Origin: Psammoneis japonica
Taxonomy: Eukaryota
NCBI GenBank assembly: GCA_008632985.1
Contig: QPGO01000004.1
Span: forward strand, 744,001-808,000
Reading direction: 5' to 3'
DNA length: 64,000 bases
Both the position numbers and the translations under genes were made by a program. The notes under the pieces are model-generated. The model was given only the letters and a program-made list of their open reading frames with translations. It searched no databases and was not told the DNA's origin. Shown here piece after piece: positions 61,968 to 64,000 of this stretch (its first letter is position 1; every line of letters starts with the position of its first letter).

Positions 61968-62554
61968 TCTCGCCGCTACTACCGGTACATAACGAGTAAC
62001 GAGAATCCGAGCAGCGGCGACGATCGATTGGGGCTCATATAACTTACCGCATTGCGCTGACCGACCGACGATCGAATGACTGAAAGCATAGCTTATGATA
62101 TCTCTTGTGGATAGCTTGTGGCTTTACTCTTCCTTTCGTCCCTCCAATAAGCTGGTTACGGGAAAGTGCAACGGTGCTCGAATGCCGATCTCGAGAAAAG
62201 CTGTTCGTTGTGCGGTGGTGGCCTGTTGGCGCTGTTGGCCGAGAAAGATCTTCGCGAAGTTCCGCGCTAAAGAAGGGAGGGAATGCGTGCGACGAACAGA
62301 CACACTCGGTTCCTACTTCTACTTCTAGCTCGCTCGCTATCTCATCTTGGATCTACTCGTATTTATCATCTCTACGTACCGGTACTCTAGTACCGTAGTA
62401 GAGAGGGCCTATCTAATAACTCTTGTGGGATTTCAATCGAAAAGCTATCCCATCCGGATATTTTTACAACGGCAATCTGAAACGAGCCGACTGTAAAAGC
62501 GAGAGTGTAGCATGCTGACAGGATAATCTTTAAAAAGAAGAAAGCTCACGAAAA

Positions 62555-63718
62555 CTAAAGGGACGACTTGGGCTCGACCTCCAAGACAGCGGCAGCGCCC
62601 ATTCCGGTTCCAATGCACATTGATACAACACCAAATCTCTTCTTGCTTCTTTGTAGCTCATAAACAAGTGTAGCAATCTGTCTTGCACCCGTACACCCGA
62701 GTGGATGTCCTAGTGCAATTGCACCGCCGTTGGGATTCACCTTGGCGGCATCAATCTTGAGGTGATCTACACACCACGTGGCTTGCGATGCAAACGCTTC
62801 GTTGATTTCATAGACATCAATATCTTCGACACTCAAGGAGGTTTGTTCCAAAACCGCAGGAATAGCCACAGCTGGTCCAATTCCCATGATACGTGGAGGA
62901 ACACCCTTTACGGCAAAACCACGCCACACCGCCAACACTGGGAGGTTTCGTTTTACAGCCTCTTCTCTAGTCATTAACAACACTGCAGCTGCACCGTCAG
63001 TTGTTTGACTCGAGTTTCCAGCAGTCGTAACGCCATTTTCGTCAAACACAGGTTTCAACCTAGACAAGATGTCAAGCGACGTGTTGGGTCGAATCCCATC
63101 GTCTCTCGTCACGTTTCCAACAGGAACAATTTCCGCATCAAACTTGCCTGCTGCTTGTGCACTCGCTGCCTTTTGATGAGACTTTGCTGCAAATGCATCT
63201 AGATCGGTTCGATTCAGTCCATACTCTTTTACAACGTTTTCACTCGTAACTCCCATGGGAGTCAGACAATCCATGGCTGGCGGACATTTTTTCATTTCGT
63301 CCCAATCCACGTCCGGCATGGGTATGCTCTTCATGGGATGGGTTGACATGCTTTCCACTCCAGCTCCAATACCGATCGTTATTTGACCGGTCGCAATGGC
63401 ATTGGCAATGTTGGCTACTGCTTGTAGTCCAGAAGAACACTGACGATTCACAGTGTGTAGCGAGCAAGTGTCTGGGTATCCAGCAGCAAGCTGTGCCATG
63501 CGCATTGCTGCGGCTCCCGATGCAGGTGACAGCACATTTCCAACACACACGTCCTCCACATCGTGAGGCTGAATCGATGACCCACATCGATCCAAACATC
63601 CCTTGAGAGCCACCGACAACAAGGTCGACGGAGGTACCTTGGCCAATCCACCCTTTCTTGCTCGACACAGCGGAGTTCGAACAGCACTCACAATCACGAC
63701 GTCAGACGATCGACCCAT
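62555..63718 (-). CDS. Peroxisomal 3-ketoacyl-CoA thiolase
   Basis: NRQCSSG, INEAFA, GHPLG.TG, CIGTGMG; C-terminal SSL (PTS1-like); no N-terminal PTS2 extension. Confidence 0.93.
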   Translation of the reverse strand: MGRSSDVVIVSAVRTPLCRARKGGLAKVPPSTLLSVALKGCLDRCGSSIQPHDVEDVCVGNVLSPASGAAAMRMAQLAAGYPDTCSLHTVNRQCSSGLQAVANIANAIATGQITIGIGAGVESMSTHPMKSIPMPDVDWDEMKKCPPAMDCLTPMGVTSENVVKEYGLNRTDLDAFAAKSHQKAASAQAAGKFDAEIVPVGNVTRDDGIRPNTSLDILSRLKPVFDENGVTTAGNSSQTTDGAAAVLLMTREEAVKRNLPVLAVWRGFAVKGVPPRIMGIGPAVAIPAVLEQTSLSVEDIDVYEINEAFASQATWCVDHLKIDAAKVNPNGGAIALGHPLGCTGARQIATLVYELQRSKKRFGVVSMCIGTGMGAAAVLEVEPKSSL

Positions 63719-64000
63719 GTTCTATCTTTATCTTGTTTAAGAAGAGAATAGCTTTTTGGCTTATGTGCTTGGCACGACCTCGATCAACGATGAGTGCGTC
63801 GTTTTTGTTCTGTGAAAAAAAGATGAGACCATTGTCGACACGCGGAGGCAAGTTCAAAGTGCAAGATCGAGTGCACTATTTTGGAGAGCTCGAGAGCTTG
63901 AAACTCTACGTTGTCGTAGGCCACGTCACCGAGTAGGAACCTACGTGGTCCATACTGAACAGCCCTTTTAACCTTTGACGTCACGTTCGACGTGGGCCAG

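Overview
Gene-dense eukaryotic nuclear DNA with short GT-AG introns (mostly 70-130 nt). It is most likely from a pennate diatom, inferred from bipartite signal peptide+Phe plastid presequences, a PTS1-type thiolase and diatom-style kinases. About 25 protein-coding genes were reconstructed by hand, including a cathepsin, RNase H1, glutathione reductase, RecQ, two tandem bestrophins, a vacuolar sorting receptor, CBP/p300, organellar TyrRS, copine, INCENP, PDH E1-beta and a peroxisomal thiolase. No rRNA, tRNA or CRISPR was recognised. Highlights: (1) an ~8 kb degenerate repeat/TE-like block (~52.4-60.4 kb) almost free of BOTH CpG and TpA, holding a ~190-bp tandem array; (2) an 86-nt intron that is far more conserved between the two bestrophin paralogs than their synonymous sites, with mutually pairing ends; (3) a secreted multidomain protein with a duplicated exon and a bacterial-looking Cys module; (4) an unannotated 40-aa microprotein ending CCCG; (5) recurrent CTCTAG/TAGAG palindromic motifs between genes. 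Several conserved genes carry single-base frameshifts at short homopolymers, most simply explained as assembly errors. All identifications are by motif recognition; no database search was run.
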